Of a DNA stretch of 64,000 nt, positions 32,652 through 42,761 are shown piece by piece. The DNA lies in contig JAFVQN010000136.1 of assembly GCA_017504805.1 (NCBI GenBank), positions 4,890 through 68,889 on the forward strand, in the 5' to 3' direction. This stretch comes from Akkermansia sp. GTDB taxonomy: Bacteria > Verrucomicrobiota > Verrucomicrobiia > Verrucomicrobiales > Akkermansiaceae. Positions within the stretch are counted from its first letter, which is position 1. Each line of letters begins with the position of its first letter. A program made the translations under genes and the position numbers. The notes beneath the pieces were generated by a model. The model saw only the letters and a program-made list of their open reading frames with translations, did no database searches and had not been told where the DNA came from.

Positions 32652-34364
32652 ATGAGTACTAAGTTCAGTTGGGAATTACGCCCTCTGGACGGAAGTGTGG
32701 ACTATGGCGAGGAACTGAACCTGCAGCTGCCGCTGCTGGTGAGGAAGCTACTAGCTCAGAGAGGCATTTCCGGACGAGAGAGGGCACAACGATTCCTGAA
32801 ACCCAAACTAGCGGATCTAGGAGACCCTTTCGCCTTGCGGGAGATGGATGCTGCCGTTGAGCGCATCTTCCGCGCGGCAGACAACGGCGAGCACGTCTGC
32901 ATCTACGGTGATTACGATGTGGACGGCGTGAGCTCGGTTACCTTGCTCTACACGATTCTGCGAGCCTTCGGCATACGGACGGATTATTTCATTCCAGTCC
33001 GTACGCGTGAGGGCTACGGACTGAGCGAGGAAGGAATGGCCAACGCCATCCGGCAGTGCGGGGGGAAGCCAGACCTGATTATAGCTGTAGATTGCGGCAC
33101 TTCATCTGTTGATGAAGTGGCATGGTTGCAGGATCAAGGGATTGATGTGGTCATTCTGGACCATCACGAGGCCAGCACCAGCGGTCGTCCGCCGGCAGTG
33201 GCAGTGGTCAATGCCAAGCTTGAGGAATCCAGCCCCTTCACTTATCTGTGTAGTGCCGGGGTGGTGTTCAAACTGGCGCATGCCATGCTGAAATGCCGGC
33301 GTCTGGCTCATTTTGACCTGAAACAGTATCTGGATGTAGTGGCCGTGGCCACGGTGGCAGACATCGTTCCGCTCGTGGAGGAAAACCGCCTGCTTACCCG
33401 GCATGGCCTGCGGGTGATGGAAAGCGGTGGCAATATCGGCATCCAGGCTCTGAACCGGGTGACGAATCTGAACCGCCGGCCGAGTGCGAGCCATGTTTCA
33501 TTCCGTATCGGCCCGCGTTTGAATGCCGCGGGCCGCATGGATAACCCGCTGGATGCGCTCAACCTGCTGATGACCCGCGATACCGCCATGGCTATGGAAC
33601 TGGCCGAACGTCTGGAAATGCACAACAGAGCCCGGCAGCAGGAGGAAGAGAAAATCCGCCATGAGGCCATGGAGATGCTGGCTCGCACCTTTTCCCCGGA
33701 GCGTGATAATGTGATAGTGCTTGGTTCACGTACATGGCATCCCGGGGTGGTGGGAATTGTGGCTTCGCTGCTGATGCGCCGGTATCATAAGCCGACCTTT
33801 GTGATTTCCCTGGATGAGAATGGCATTGGTAAGGGAAGCGGACGTTCGATTCCGGGGGTATCGCTGGTGCAGGCCATTCACGCATGCTCGGATGTACTCA
33901 TCTCGGGCGGCGGTCATGATATGGCAGCAGGTCTGGTGATTCACGAGTCGATGATGGATGCCTTCCGCGAGAGGTTCAATGATTTTGTGCGGGCCAGTAC
34001 GGATCCGGAGAAACTGAAGCCCGTGTTGAATATCGATGCCGAGGTGACCTTCCCGGAGCTGACGCTGGATCTGCTGGATAGTTACGAACTGCTGGAGCCG
34101 TTCGGGAATTCGAATCCGCAGCCTGTATTCATGAGCAGAAATGTCATGTTGACCGATGCTCCCCGGCATCTTCAAGGGAATCATTTGCGCCTGGGCTTGC
34201 GACAGGGGACATGCGAATGCGATGCCATGTATTTCAATGGCGGCTCAGTGCGCCTGCCCGACCCGCCCTGGGATATAGCATTCACTATTGACCGCAATGT
34301 GTGGCGGGGCCGGGTATCCCTTGCTATTTCGATTCAGGATATACGTCCTGCAGCCTGTATATGA
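32652..34364 (+). CDS. recJ: ssDNA exonuclease RecJ
   Basis: GDYDVDG, VDCG, LDHH, TVADIVPL, PRLNAAGR, GSGRS, GGHDMAAG. Confidence 0.96.
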   Translation: MSTKFSWELRPLDGSVDYGEELNLQLPLLVRKLLAQRGISGRERAQRFLKPKLADLGDPFALREMDAAVERIFRAADNGEHVCIYGDYDVDGVSSVTLLYTILRAFGIRTDYFIPVRTREGYGLSEEGMANAIRQCGGKPDLIIAVDCGTSSVDEVAWLQDQGIDVVILDHHEASTSGRPPAVAVVNAKLEESSPFTYLCSAGVVFKLAHAMLKCRRLAHFDLKQYLDVVAVATVADIVPLVEENRLLTRHGLRVMESGGNIGIQALNRVTNLNRRPSASHVSFRIGPRLNAAGRMDNPLDALNLLMTRDTAMAMELAERLEMHNRARQQEEEKIRHEAMEMLARTFSPERDNVIVLGSRTWHPGVVGIVASLLMRRYHKPTFVISLDENGIGKGSGRSIPGVSLVQAIHACSDVLISGGGHDMAAGLVIHESMMDAFRERFNDFVRASTDPEKLKPVLNIDAEVTFPELTLDLLDSYELLEPFGNSNPQPVFMSRNVMLTDAPRHLQGNHLRLGLRQGTCECDAMYFNGGSVRLPDPPWDIAFTIDRNVWRGRVSLAISIQDIRPAACI

Positions 34365-35290
34365 GTAAAAAGTCACAGACGTTATTGCGGAAACAACGCC
34401 GAGCAAACGAGCCCGAGTTCGGTGACTGGCGTGTGCCGCTGGACAATCCGAGAGAAGCCGGATTTCTGAAGACAACTCCGCTGAATGTGCTGCGTCGTTT
34501 GCATGTGCAGGCTGCTTACTGGCAATCCATCGAGCCTGTTTACGCCGCAGATCCGCTGGACGAATGGCACCCGGTGCACGGCTGGCAACGTGCTATCCGC
34601 CTGGTAATCGGATTGTTCTTCTTGCTGCCTTTGTCGGTAGTGATGGTATTTGCCCTGCTGATGCAGCTCTACCATGCAGCGCCTGTGGTGGGAAACATAG
34701 ATTTCTGGCAGAGCGTACCAGTCTGGTACAGCGTGCTGGGGGCTCTGGTGTTCATCAGCCTCAAATATTTCCGTTTGGTAGACCCTATCCTCATGTATGC
34801 GTATGTGATGGGGCATGAGTTTACTCACGCTATAGCTGCGTTGTTGTGCATGGGGAAGGTGCAGGCTGTGAGTGTTGATCTGGACGGCGGGTATGTCGAT
34901 ACAGACACCGATAACCTCTTTGTGGCGCTTGCTCCATACTTTGTGCCGTTCTGGATGTTGGTGTGGCTGGCGGTGTTCTTTGTCGCGAACTGGATACACC
35001 CCTTTGCATCCTACTTGCCATGGTTCTACGCCGGGTTTGGCTTCTGGTGGTGTTTCCACGTGTATTGGACGCTGTGGCTTATTCCGCGAGAGCAGCCGGA
35101 CCTGTTGGAAAATGGTGTTGTCCTCTCGTTTCAGATTATCCTGCTTACCAATATTGCAGGTTTGTTGCTCATGCTCCGCTGCTTCGGCGTCATCAGTTTT
35201 CGTGGCTATCTGCATGACTTCGTGAGTTGCGCCAAGGAAATTCACGCGACTTGTGCCGACCTGTATCAGTGGCTTTTGCAACTCATTTGA
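34361..35290 (+). CDS. Membrane protein with HExxH (M50-like metallopeptidase)
   Basis: Multiple TM segments; GHEFTHA; ALAPYF; ATGA overlap with recJ. Confidence 0.7.
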   Translation: MSKKSQTLLRKQRRANEPEFGDWRVPLDNPREAGFLKTTPLNVLRRLHVQAAYWQSIEPVYAADPLDEWHPVHGWQRAIRLVIGLFFLLPLSVVMVFALLMQLYHAAPVVGNIDFWQSVPVWYSVLGALVFISLKYFRLVDPILMYAYVMGHEFTHAIAALLCMGKVQAVSVDLDGGYVDTDTDNLFVALAPYFVPFWMLVWLAVFFVANWIHPFASYLPWFYAGFGFWWCFHVYWTLWLIPREQPDLLENGVVLSFQIILLTNIAGLLLMLRCFGVISFRGYLHDFVSCAKEIHATCADLYQWLLQLI

Positions 35291-35348
35291 GTCAGCAAGG
35301 GAAATTTGCCTTGCATGAAGCTGTAATTCTGCCATAATTTCCGCGCTC

Positions 35349-35888
35349 ATGTTGAATCAAGAAGTGATTACAGAGGCAGAGACCGCTGCCATTCAGATAC
35401 CCGCTGGCAATGCCGTGCTGCTGCCGGAGGGGTCGCGCATTTATGTCACCCAGATGCTCGGCAATTCCATAACCGCCGCCACTGATGTGGGCCTGGTGCG
35501 CATCTCCCGCGAGGAGGCTGCCCGCGCCGGCATCATTGCCGCCTCGCAGGCTGTGCAGGAGTGCGATGAGAATCTGACTCTGGAGGAGCGCATCTGGAAG
35601 GTGCTCAGCAATATCTATGACCCGGAAATCCCGGTGGATATCGTGAACCTCGGGCTTATCTACGGGGTAGAGGTCATTCCGCAGAAGGAAGGGGGCAGCC
35701 ATGTGAGTGTGCAGATGACGCTCACGGCTCCCGGTTGCGGCATGGGCCCGCACCTGATGGCTGAGGCCGAAATGGGCATCGCTGCGCTGGAGGGTGTGAA
35801 GAGTGTGGATATTGAGTTTGTGTGGGATCCGCCGTGGAATCAGGAAATGATGACAGAGGAAGCCCGCATGCAGTTAGGTCTGGAATAA
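35349..35888 (+). CDS. sufT: SufT/PaaD-like (DUF59) Fe-S assembly protein
   Basis: IYDPEIPVDIVNLGLIY, MTLTAPGCGMG, VWDPPW. Confidence 0.9.
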   Translation: MLNQEVITEAETAAIQIPAGNAVLLPEGSRIYVTQMLGNSITAATDVGLVRISREEAARAGIIAASQAVQECDENLTLEERIWKVLSNIYDPEIPVDIVNLGLIYGVEVIPQKEGGSHVSVQMTLTAPGCGMGPHLMAEAEMGIAALEGVKSVDIEFVWDPPWNQEMMTEEARMQLGLE

Positions 35889-35896
35889 ATCGAAGC

Positions 35897-36373
35897 ATGG
35901 GTAAGGTAACCCTGGAGTTGACAGAGTCAGAAATGCGGGACCTGGCAGAGGTTTGCGCGATGTCACTGACTCTTCTCGGACAGGCTATGCCGGATGGCCG
36001 CAATCCGCGGGCAGACGCCTGGCAGAAGCTGCTGGTGGAGATTGTCAAGGCAGGCCGCACTGTTCCCGGCATTGCCCGTGATATGGAACTGAATCCGGAC
36101 TGCGGATATTGGTTTTTCAAAAGACCGTATATTGATCAGGCTTTTTATTCTGATGTGCTGGATGAATACCGCGATGCTGCATTCTGGGAGGAATTGGTGA
36201 TGCGCATTTCGTTCCGGACACTGGTGGAATATTACGGGCAGGACGAGGTGGAGTCCATGAGCCCGGAGGAGCGGAGTTCGAGGACGGCTGCGCTCGAGAA
36301 GTCCTTGTGGGAAGAAGTGTCCCGGCATGGTGCATCCCGGTTGCTTTTCATGCTCCCGCCAGAAGAAAGCTGA
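35897..36373 (+). CDS. Hypothetical protein
   Basis: Acidic helical ORF downstream of sufT (FWEELV motif); terminator follows. Confidence 0.7.
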   Translation: MGKVTLELTESEMRDLAEVCAMSLTLLGQAMPDGRNPRADAWQKLLVEIVKAGRTVPGIARDMELNPDCGYWFFKRPYIDQAFYSDVLDEYRDAAFWEELVMRISFRTLVEYYGQDEVESMSPEERSSRTAALEKSLWEEVSRHGASRLLFMLPPEES

Positions 36374-36378
36374 TAAAA

Positions 36379-36410
36379 GAAAGAGCCTCGGTTCAAGCCG
36401 CGGCTCTTTC
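36379..36410. terminator. Bidirectional terminator
   Basis: GAAAGAGCC...GGCTCTTTC between convergent genes. Confidence 0.7.
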
Positions 36411-36417
36411 TGATTTG

Positions 36418-38292
36418 TCAAAGAATATCGGCGACTGATATGCTGGAAGTGCAGCTTTGCTGCTGATCACAACTAGTCCGGTAACAGGGGTGGCAAGGGG
36501 TATGCAGACTTGCTGTTTTGTGACCGTCGCCCAGTGGAGCGTAGACCGCGGTGAGGCGGCTCGCCATGATGACATGGCACCGGCACCCCACCAGCGCAGC
36601 CAGCTGTGGCAGAAGTCCGTCCACCGCATACAGCCTGCACTGAGCTCCCAGTACCTGAGAGACCGTTTCCGGCTGCACAATGGAGCAGGGAATACCCAGT
36701 CGTTCTGCCATGACCTTTGCCGCTTCCTCATCCCGCTGAAGAGCCAGCAATGTCGTATTGCTCCCGAGCTGCTGCACCAGCTCTTTCCATTTTGCATCCT
36801 CCCAGGAATCGGCAGAACCAAGCGTAGAGAAGGGGGCTATGAAGTTGCCTGCGGCGTCAGCATTCCCCTGGTCCGGGTCTGCATACGGCAGACCTTTCGG
36901 CTTGAGATGCAGCCGGAGCAGCCGGAGGTAATCCTGACTCTTGTGTTCGGGCGGTTCCCCGACTGGAAGTACGCATTTCTTGCGGAACTGCCTGCTGAGG
37001 GGGGAAGCAGCAAATCCACTGATATACATCGGCAGCAGAGCTTGCAGACTCCGGAATACCTTGCGATTATCACTCAGCATGTACAGCACATCGTAGGGGC
37101 CGTCCTTGTATTGCTCGTCGGCCTCCATCTGGCGAATGGGATTTCTGGTAGATACTACGTGTGCCACGTAGTCCTGCGTTTTCCAGAATGGGATTTGTTC
37201 CTCGGGGGTGATGAGGTTGAGCTGGATGTCGGGGCGGCTTGCTTTAAGCTCCCTGAGCATCGGGATGGTGAGAAGCGCATCTTCAAATGCCTCGGGCAGG
37301 CAGAGAATGATGCGGAAGGGAAGGGTGGCATGCTGCCTGATGAGCTCCAGCTGGTCATCATCAAGGTAAGCAGGGGCGAAGTTAGCCGTCGTTTTCCAGC
37401 GGTGGTGCATCCAGAATCCGTCCAGTATGCTCTGGCGCTGGACTTCTGCAAGAGCGTCGTTCACCGCCATCGTAATACGTGCGCTGCTGGTCTCCCCCTC
37501 GGGAATGCTGATGTAATTGTTCAGCACGGCATCCCATTTGCCGAGCCCGGTGTTCCGGGTAGCCACTGCCAGCAGGTGCCCGTTGCCCTTGCATCTCTTA
37601 TAGATGAGCGAAGGCAGGGGGGTGGTGCCGGTCACTTTGCCGAAGTAGGGAACGAAGACGCCCTGCTGGGTGAACTGGTCGCTCAGCACGCCGAGCATGC
37701 CGCCCTGACCCGCCAGGCGGAATACTTCCTTGAGCCCTTTCTTGTTGCTGAACATCTCGCAGCCGTAGCGTGTGCGCCCCCGCAGTACCATGTCTTCCAG
37801 TACCGGGTTGTCGAGCCGGCGGTACATGGAGCCGTACCGCTTCACTTTTGCAAAGTACGGGCGGATGCGGGCCAGGATTTCCCAGTTGCCGGCATGCGGA
37901 ATGCAGGCCACAATGCACTGCCCCTGTGCGGCTCTGTCTTCAAATTGATTTCCTCCAATCACATTGACGGAGCGCTTGAGCTCCTTGTCTGTCATGAGCC
38001 CTGTCTTGAGGGTGCAGGCCATGTTCATGCAGGTGCGCACGATGTTGCGACGCACCAGTGCGCTGAGTTTGCGCCCCCGCAGCATGGGGTCAACGACGAT
38101 GCGCATATTGCGTGCCACAATGCGCCGCCGTTCGGGGAAGGCGAGCCAGGCAAGATACCCGATACAGCGACCCACCAGGGCAATGAGGCGGATATCCAGC
38201 AATCGCAGGATGCCGCAGAAGACCTGGTAGACGAACCCGCCAGCCTTCTGTGAGAAGGTGGCTTTGGAAACGCTGTCCGGGGCTGTTGCCAT
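36418..38292 (-). CDS. Lipid A late acyltransferase (LpxL-like) fused to a GT9/heptosyltransferase-like domain
   Basis: HAGNWE, YRRLDNP, LSDQ..GVFVPYFG, FWMHHRWK; C-terminal DALLTIPMLRELK and PCHPCY..C. Confidence 0.85.
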   Translation of the reverse strand: MATAPDSVSKATFSQKAGGFVYQVFCGILRLLDIRLIALVGRCIGYLAWLAFPERRRIVARNMRIVVDPMLRGRKLSALVRRNIVRTCMNMACTLKTGLMTDKELKRSVNVIGGNQFEDRAAQGQCIVACIPHAGNWEILARIRPYFAKVKRYGSMYRRLDNPVLEDMVLRGRTRYGCEMFSNKKGLKEVFRLAGQGGMLGVLSDQFTQQGVFVPYFGKVTGTTPLPSLIYKRCKGNGHLLAVATRNTGLGKWDAVLNNYISIPEGETSSARITMAVNDALAEVQRQSILDGFWMHHRWKTTANFAPAYLDDDQLELIRQHATLPFRIILCLPEAFEDALLTIPMLRELKASRPDIQLNLITPEEQIPFWKTQDYVAHVVSTRNPIRQMEADEQYKDGPYDVLYMLSDNRKVFRSLQALLPMYISGFAASPLSRQFRKKCVLPVGEPPEHKSQDYLRLLRLHLKPKGLPYADPDQGNADAAGNFIAPFSTLGSADSWEDAKWKELVQQLGSNTTLLALQRDEEAAKVMAERLGIPCSIVQPETVSQVLGAQCRLYAVDGLLPQLAALVGCRCHVIMASRLTAVYAPLGDGHKTASLHTPCHPCYRTSCDQQQSCTSSISVADIL

Positions 38293-38307
38293 GGGATGAG
38301 GGTGGAA

Positions 38308-38709
38308 TTAATTGATGGTCATGAAACGCGGGACGTAGAAAGGCTTGCGGGTGTAGGGGTCCCATACCTTGTCACCCACCTTGCTGTTGGTGTAATCCAG
38401 CTGGTAGTACGGCTCGTAGGGAGATACAAGGATGTTGGAGAATTCGCAGGGCAGTGCGTAAGGCAGACCATCTTCTGCATATTCAATGCGGCCTGCAAGG
38501 TGGCCTGAAGGCGGCAGATCATAGGGGTTCACCTTTACCCAGTTGGTCGAGGCCGGCTTGCCATCGAGGTCGGCAATGACGTGAGGGGGGCGTTCTCCCG
38601 GGTATTCGTCGCGGATGAAGCGGTCCGCAATTTGCTGGAAGATGCAGGAGCTGAGGCTCAACATGCAGAATGTTGCGATGACAGGCAGTATCAGTTTACG
38701 CGCGTTCAT
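38308..38709 (-). CDS. Lipoprotein
   Basis: LSSC lipobox; SPYEPY..LDY...DPYTRKPFYVP. Confidence 0.75.
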   Translation of the reverse strand: MNARKLILPVIATFCMLSLSSCIFQQIADRFIRDEYPGERPPHVIADLDGKPASTNWVKVNPYDLPPSGHLAGRIEYAEDGLPYALPCEFSNILVSPYEPYYQLDYTNSKVGDKVWDPYTRKPFYVPRFMTIN

Positions 38710-38740
38710 GGTGTAATGTCTGTTTAATTTAGAAAGTGGG

Positions 38741-39574
38741 TTATGAAGGCCGGTACGGAACAAGGCTCACCCGGCTGTCCTGGCCGTTTTTCCCCTGGGT
38801 GAAGTGAGGGCAGTATCCGTGCTCTTCAATGATGGCGTTTATTTCCGGGTAGCAGTTTAAGAGTGTACCCAGCGCAGGAGTCAGCACGCTGATATGGCGT
38901 TCCGGAATGCCTACCAGGCCGATACTGCCGCCGCGAGGCAGATTCCCCGGCAGCGGCTCACCTCCGTGGAAGTCTACCTTGAGTGAGGGAACCCCGTTTT
39001 CCACGATTTGACGGAAGGATAGATGAACGGCCGTGGTCTGGTGTATGTTAGACCCGATGAGACGGTCAATAATCAGTTCTGCATAGCCGTCGTGAATGCG
39101 TACGGCCAGCCCGTTGCCGTGAGTGATGATGGAAAAGACGCCTGTCTGGCGCATGCGGCAGGTTTCGCGCAGGAAACGGTTGATTTCAGCTTCTGTGAAG
39201 CTGATTTCCTGACCATTGGCATTGCGCAGAAGTGCTGTCAGGTCACGTGCGCTGCCATTGTCTGCATATCCCGCGATATCTTTCATGTCCTGCGGTGTCC
39301 ACATGCTGTGAATGGTGCGGGTGAGCACAATGGTAAACACCAGGAAGATGATGATGGCCAATGCACCCCATAAATTGAAACGCCGCCAGATTTCACGGAA
39401 AATGCTGGGGGCTTCCTGCTCCTCTTCCTCTTCTTCTTCCCCGCTGGGGTTGGCAAAGAAAGCGCGTTTGGTGATGTCTTCTCCCTCCGCTTCTTTGCTG
39501 AACAGGAATCCCCACAGGGAAGTGTCCTTCTCTGCTAGTTTCTTGGTCCGTTTTTTGTTGCTCGTGCCAGACAT
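38741..39574 (-). CDS. Hypothetical single-TM protein
   Basis: Acidic N-terminal region, TM helix, FTEAEINRFL. Confidence 0.7.
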   Translation of the reverse strand: MSGTSNKKRTKKLAEKDTSLWGFLFSKEAEGEDITKRAFFANPSGEEEEEEEQEAPSIFREIWRRFNLWGALAIIIFLVFTIVLTRTIHSMWTPQDMKDIAGYADNGSARDLTALLRNANGQEISFTEAEINRFLRETCRMRQTGVFSIITHGNGLAVRIHDGYAELIIDRLIGSNIHQTTAVHLSFRQIVENGVPSLKVDFHGGEPLPGNLPRGGSIGLVGIPERHISVLTPALGTLLNCYPEINAIIEEHGYCPHFTQGKNGQDSRVSLVPYRPS

Positions 39575-39658
39575 GCTGTACTACCTCACCAGTATAGAGC
39601 TTTTTTCCTCACAAGAAAAGGAAAAAACGAGACACGCACAGGAATTGACAGAAGAAAA

Positions 39659-40594
39659 TCAGGCGTCTTCAAGTGCCCAGCGAAGGTATTTGAGTGATTC
39701 TCCCCAGATTTTGCGGCTAGTGCTGCCGAGAATGACAACGATGACAGCGCGCCCATTGCTTGAGGCACAGGAGATGAGGCACTTGCCTGCCAGGTTGGTA
39801 TAGCCGGTTTTCATGCCCTGAACCCAGGGGTGACTGGTCAGAAGACGGTTGGTGGAGCGAATCATGCGTACAGAGCCGTTGTTGCGGCGGAATTCGTACG
39901 CAGGAATGTTAATCATGCCGCGAATCGTCTTGTTGTTGTATGCATAGCATGCGGCGAGCGCCATATCGTAAGCGGTGGAATACTGTTCGGCAGGGAGCCC
40001 GTTCGGATTGGCAAAGTGGGTGTTGAACATGCGCATTCGCCGCGCACGCTCATTCATGCGGTCCACGAAGGCATCGACACTGCCGGCGCAGTCGCGGGCC
40101 AGGGATAAAGCCACGTCATTGAAACTGCCGGTGAGCATGGCCTGCATGAGGGTCCGGCGTGAGTATTGCTCACCGGCCCGCAGATTGAGGCGGATGGGGC
40201 GCGCCATGCGGTCAGATGCCTTGATGGTCACGACTTTGTCGAGGTTCTTTGTATCGCAGACGCAGAGTGCAGTAATGATTTTCTGCGTGCTGGCAACCTG
40301 CCGGCGCGTATTGGCATTGAAACCGTACAGGACGTTACCATTGTAGGGATCAATGACGCAGACGGCCGCGCAGTCCGGTTCGGGTGCCGGAGTGGAAGGC
40401 ATGCGCAGGGGCCGCACGGGATTCAGCCCGTTGTCGTACGCCCGGCGCACACGGCGGGCTTCCATGGGAATGCGGGCCGGGCGGTGCCCAGCTGCGGGCT
40501 GGTATTGGGAAAAGGGATTGGGAAATGCCCCATCTGCAGGTGCAGTGGCGAAAGAAAGGGCGCAGAGCGTTATGAGGTGGGCAAGAAAACGCAT
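39659..40594 (-). CDS. D-alanyl-D-alanine carboxypeptidase (peptidase S11)
   Basis: ASTQK (SxxK), SFN, NPNGL, KTGYT; signal peptide. Confidence 0.92.
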   Translation of the reverse strand: MRFLAHLITLCALSFATAPADGAFPNPFSQYQPAAGHRPARIPMEARRVRRAYDNGLNPVRPLRMPSTPAPEPDCAAVCVIDPYNGNVLYGFNANTRRQVASTQKIITALCVCDTKNLDKVVTIKASDRMARPIRLNLRAGEQYSRRTLMQAMLTGSFNDVALSLARDCAGSVDAFVDRMNERARRMRMFNTHFANPNGLPAEQYSTAYDMALAACYAYNNKTIRGMINIPAYEFRRNNGSVRMIRSTNRLLTSHPWVQGMKTGYTNLAGKCLISCASSNGRAVIVVILGSTSRKIWGESLKYLRWALEDA

Positions 40595-40644
40595 GGCGCA
40601 ACAGTCTATTTCAGCTGCCCTGCATTTGCAAGTCTAAAGTACGT

Positions 40645-41775
40645 TCACCTGGTAGCTGCATAGCGGCCGCCGGGCAGGGGGGTGATGCGGCGGGCAATCT
40701 GCAGGCGCATGAGCAGCGGGTTGAGTTCACCTGCCCCGTGGCCTAGTGCAGAGCACAGGGCATCCAGTGTGTCATGACCTGCCTGGATGGCTTTTATCAG
40801 AGCTTCGGCATCATCTCCGGAGGTCTGAGGTTGAGGCGTATCACGGCGGACTGGTGCATCCGGGGACGTGAAGAGCTCGAGCTGCTGATGCCCGCTCCAG
40901 TTCATGTCCTGCAGCAGTTCGCGCGGGGATGTACAGAGCGTTGCTCCGTCGCGTATCAAGGCATGGCAGCCGCGTGAGCTGCCAGCAGTGATGTGCCCGG
41001 GAATGGCAAAGACGCTGTTGCCATAGTCCGTGGCTGCCATGTTGGCGGTATGCAGGGATCCGCTGTGCTGCGGTGCTTCCACTACCAGCGTGGCCCGGCT
41101 CCAGGCGGCTACGATGCGGTTCCGCTGCGGGAATGTGGTGCGGCTCGGGCGCATGTACATGGGGAACTCGCTCACCAGCGCCCCGTGGCCAGCGCAGATG
41201 CGGTCTGCCAGTTCAACGTTCTCGTCCGGGTAGAGACTGGCCATGCCGAAACCGAGCACGGCCAGGGTGCGACCTCCGGCATCCAGTGCGCCCCAGTGTG
41301 CGGCGGTATCAATACCCCGGGCGAGGCCGGAAATGATGGTGCAGCCTGCATCTGCCAGCTCACAGCCGAAGCGACGGGCTGTGGTCATGCCATAGGGTGT
41401 TGCCTGTCTGGTGCCGACGATGGCGACACTGCGGTCACTGTCGCTGGCCATCCAGTTGCCTCGTACGTAAAGCACGATAGGCGGGTCATGCATCCGCCTC
41501 AGGAATTCAGGGTATTCGGAATCAAGCAGCGTCACAATGCGGACGTTGTACTGCGCTGCACAGTCCAGTTCCGCCCTGGCATTGGTGCAGTTTTTCCAGT
41601 CGGCTATGGACTCAGCCAGTTTCGGACCAATGCGGGGCACATTGGCCAGCATACTCGCCTGAGCGTGGAGCACATGCTCGGCACTGCCGAAAAAATCCAG
41701 CAGTGCCTGAATCCTCATTGACCCGAGACCGGGGATGAGGTTGAGCGTGATAAGAGCCTCCTGGGGAGAGAGCAT
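40645..41775 (-). CDS. dprA: DNA processing protein DprA
   Basis: PPIVLYVRG, VAIVGTR, ISGLARGIDTAAH, FPQRNRI, SGSLHTA. Confidence 0.95.
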   Translation of the reverse strand: MLSPQEALITLNLIPGLGSMRIQALLDFFGSAEHVLHAQASMLANVPRIGPKLAESIADWKNCTNARAELDCAAQYNVRIVTLLDSEYPEFLRRMHDPPIVLYVRGNWMASDSDRSVAIVGTRQATPYGMTTARRFGCELADAGCTIISGLARGIDTAAHWGALDAGGRTLAVLGFGMASLYPDENVELADRICAGHGALVSEFPMYMRPSRTTFPQRNRIVAAWSRATLVVEAPQHSGSLHTANMAATDYGNSVFAIPGHITAGSSRGCHALIRDGATLCTSPRELLQDMNWSGHQQLELFTSPDAPVRRDTPQPQTSGDDAEALIKAIQAGHDTLDALCSALGHGAGELNPLLMRLQIARRITPLPGGRYAATR

Positions 41776-41785
41776 GCGGACGTTA

Positions 41786-42652
41786 TCAGTGCTCTACGGT
41801 GAAGTCGAGACCCAGGTCAAGAGAGGGCACGGAGTGCGTGAGGCAGCCGAAGCTCATGAAATCCACACCTGTCTCTGCGGCAGCCGGGGCCGTAGCCAGT
41901 GTGAGCCCGCCGGATGCTTCGAAGTACGGCTTGCAACCCTGTCCGCGCATTTCGACAGCCTTCCGCATGTCATCGTTGCTCATGTTATCAAGCAGGATGT
42001 AGTCCACGCCTTCCAGTTTCAGGAAGGCTTCCACCTGCTGCAGATTGTCGGCTTCCAGCTGTACTTCCACTCCAGGACGCTCGGCCTTGAGTCTGTTGAT
42101 ACAGGACTGCAGGTGGTCGATGTTGCCATCGGTCATCAGGTGATTATCTTTCACCATGGCGCGGTCGTAGAGCCCGAGACGATGGTTGTTGCCGCCGCCA
42201 TGCACCACGGCGGCTTTCTCGAGCAGTCGGTAACCCGGGGTGGTCTTGCGAGTGTCGAGGAGTTTGCATTCTGTGTGGCTGATTGCTTTGACGTACTTAT
42301 GAGTCATGGTGGCCACGCCGGAAAGTCGCTGGATGAAGTTGAGAGCGGTACGCTCTGCTCCCAGAATGGACTGCGCCTTGCCTTCAATCATCATCACCAC
42401 GGCGCCAGGCGAAACTTCATCACCATCGTTCAGGTACACTTCCACCTTCAGGGTCGGGTCGACGGCCTTGAAGACGGACCGGGCAACTTCTACTCCGGAA
42501 AGCACGCCCTGGGTGCGGGGGCGCAGCAGGGCTCGTGCCTGCAGCTCTGCCGGTACAAAATAGAGGGAGGTCACGTCTCCATCGCCAAAATCTTCGTCGA
42601 GCGCCAGTTTGATGAGCGCTTCCATGTTATCGGATACCTTAGTGTGGCTCAT
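41786..42652 (-). CDS. nadC: Quinolinate phosphoribosyltransferase
   Basis: ERTALNF, DTRKTTPG, HRLGL, KDNH, LLDN, EASGG. Confidence 0.96.
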   Translation of the reverse strand: MSHTKVSDNMEALIKLALDEDFGDGDVTSLYFVPAELQARALLRPRTQGVLSGVEVARSVFKAVDPTLKVEVYLNDGDEVSPGAVVMMIEGKAQSILGAERTALNFIQRLSGVATMTHKYVKAISHTECKLLDTRKTTPGYRLLEKAAVVHGGGNNHRLGLYDRAMVKDNHLMTDGNIDHLQSCINRLKAERPGVEVQLEADNLQQVEAFLKLEGVDYILLDNMSNDDMRKAVEMRGQGCKPYFEASGGLTLATAPAAAETGVDFMSFGCLTHSVPSLDLGLDFTVEH

Positions 42653-42723
42653 GGGCCAGATGATAGCCCGCCGGCGCTCAATTGTAAAGGCAGAAATGCG
42701 CTGTATTATGCACTAGATTGCGC

Positions 42724-42752
42724 TTGCCATGATTTTGCCTGCGTGATAGAAT
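42724..42752 (+). promoter_or_regulatory. Sigma70-like promoter of metG
   Basis: TTGCCA-17-TAGAAT with extended TG, 9 nt before ATG. Confidence 0.7.
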
Positions 42753-42761
42753 CGGCGCGCT

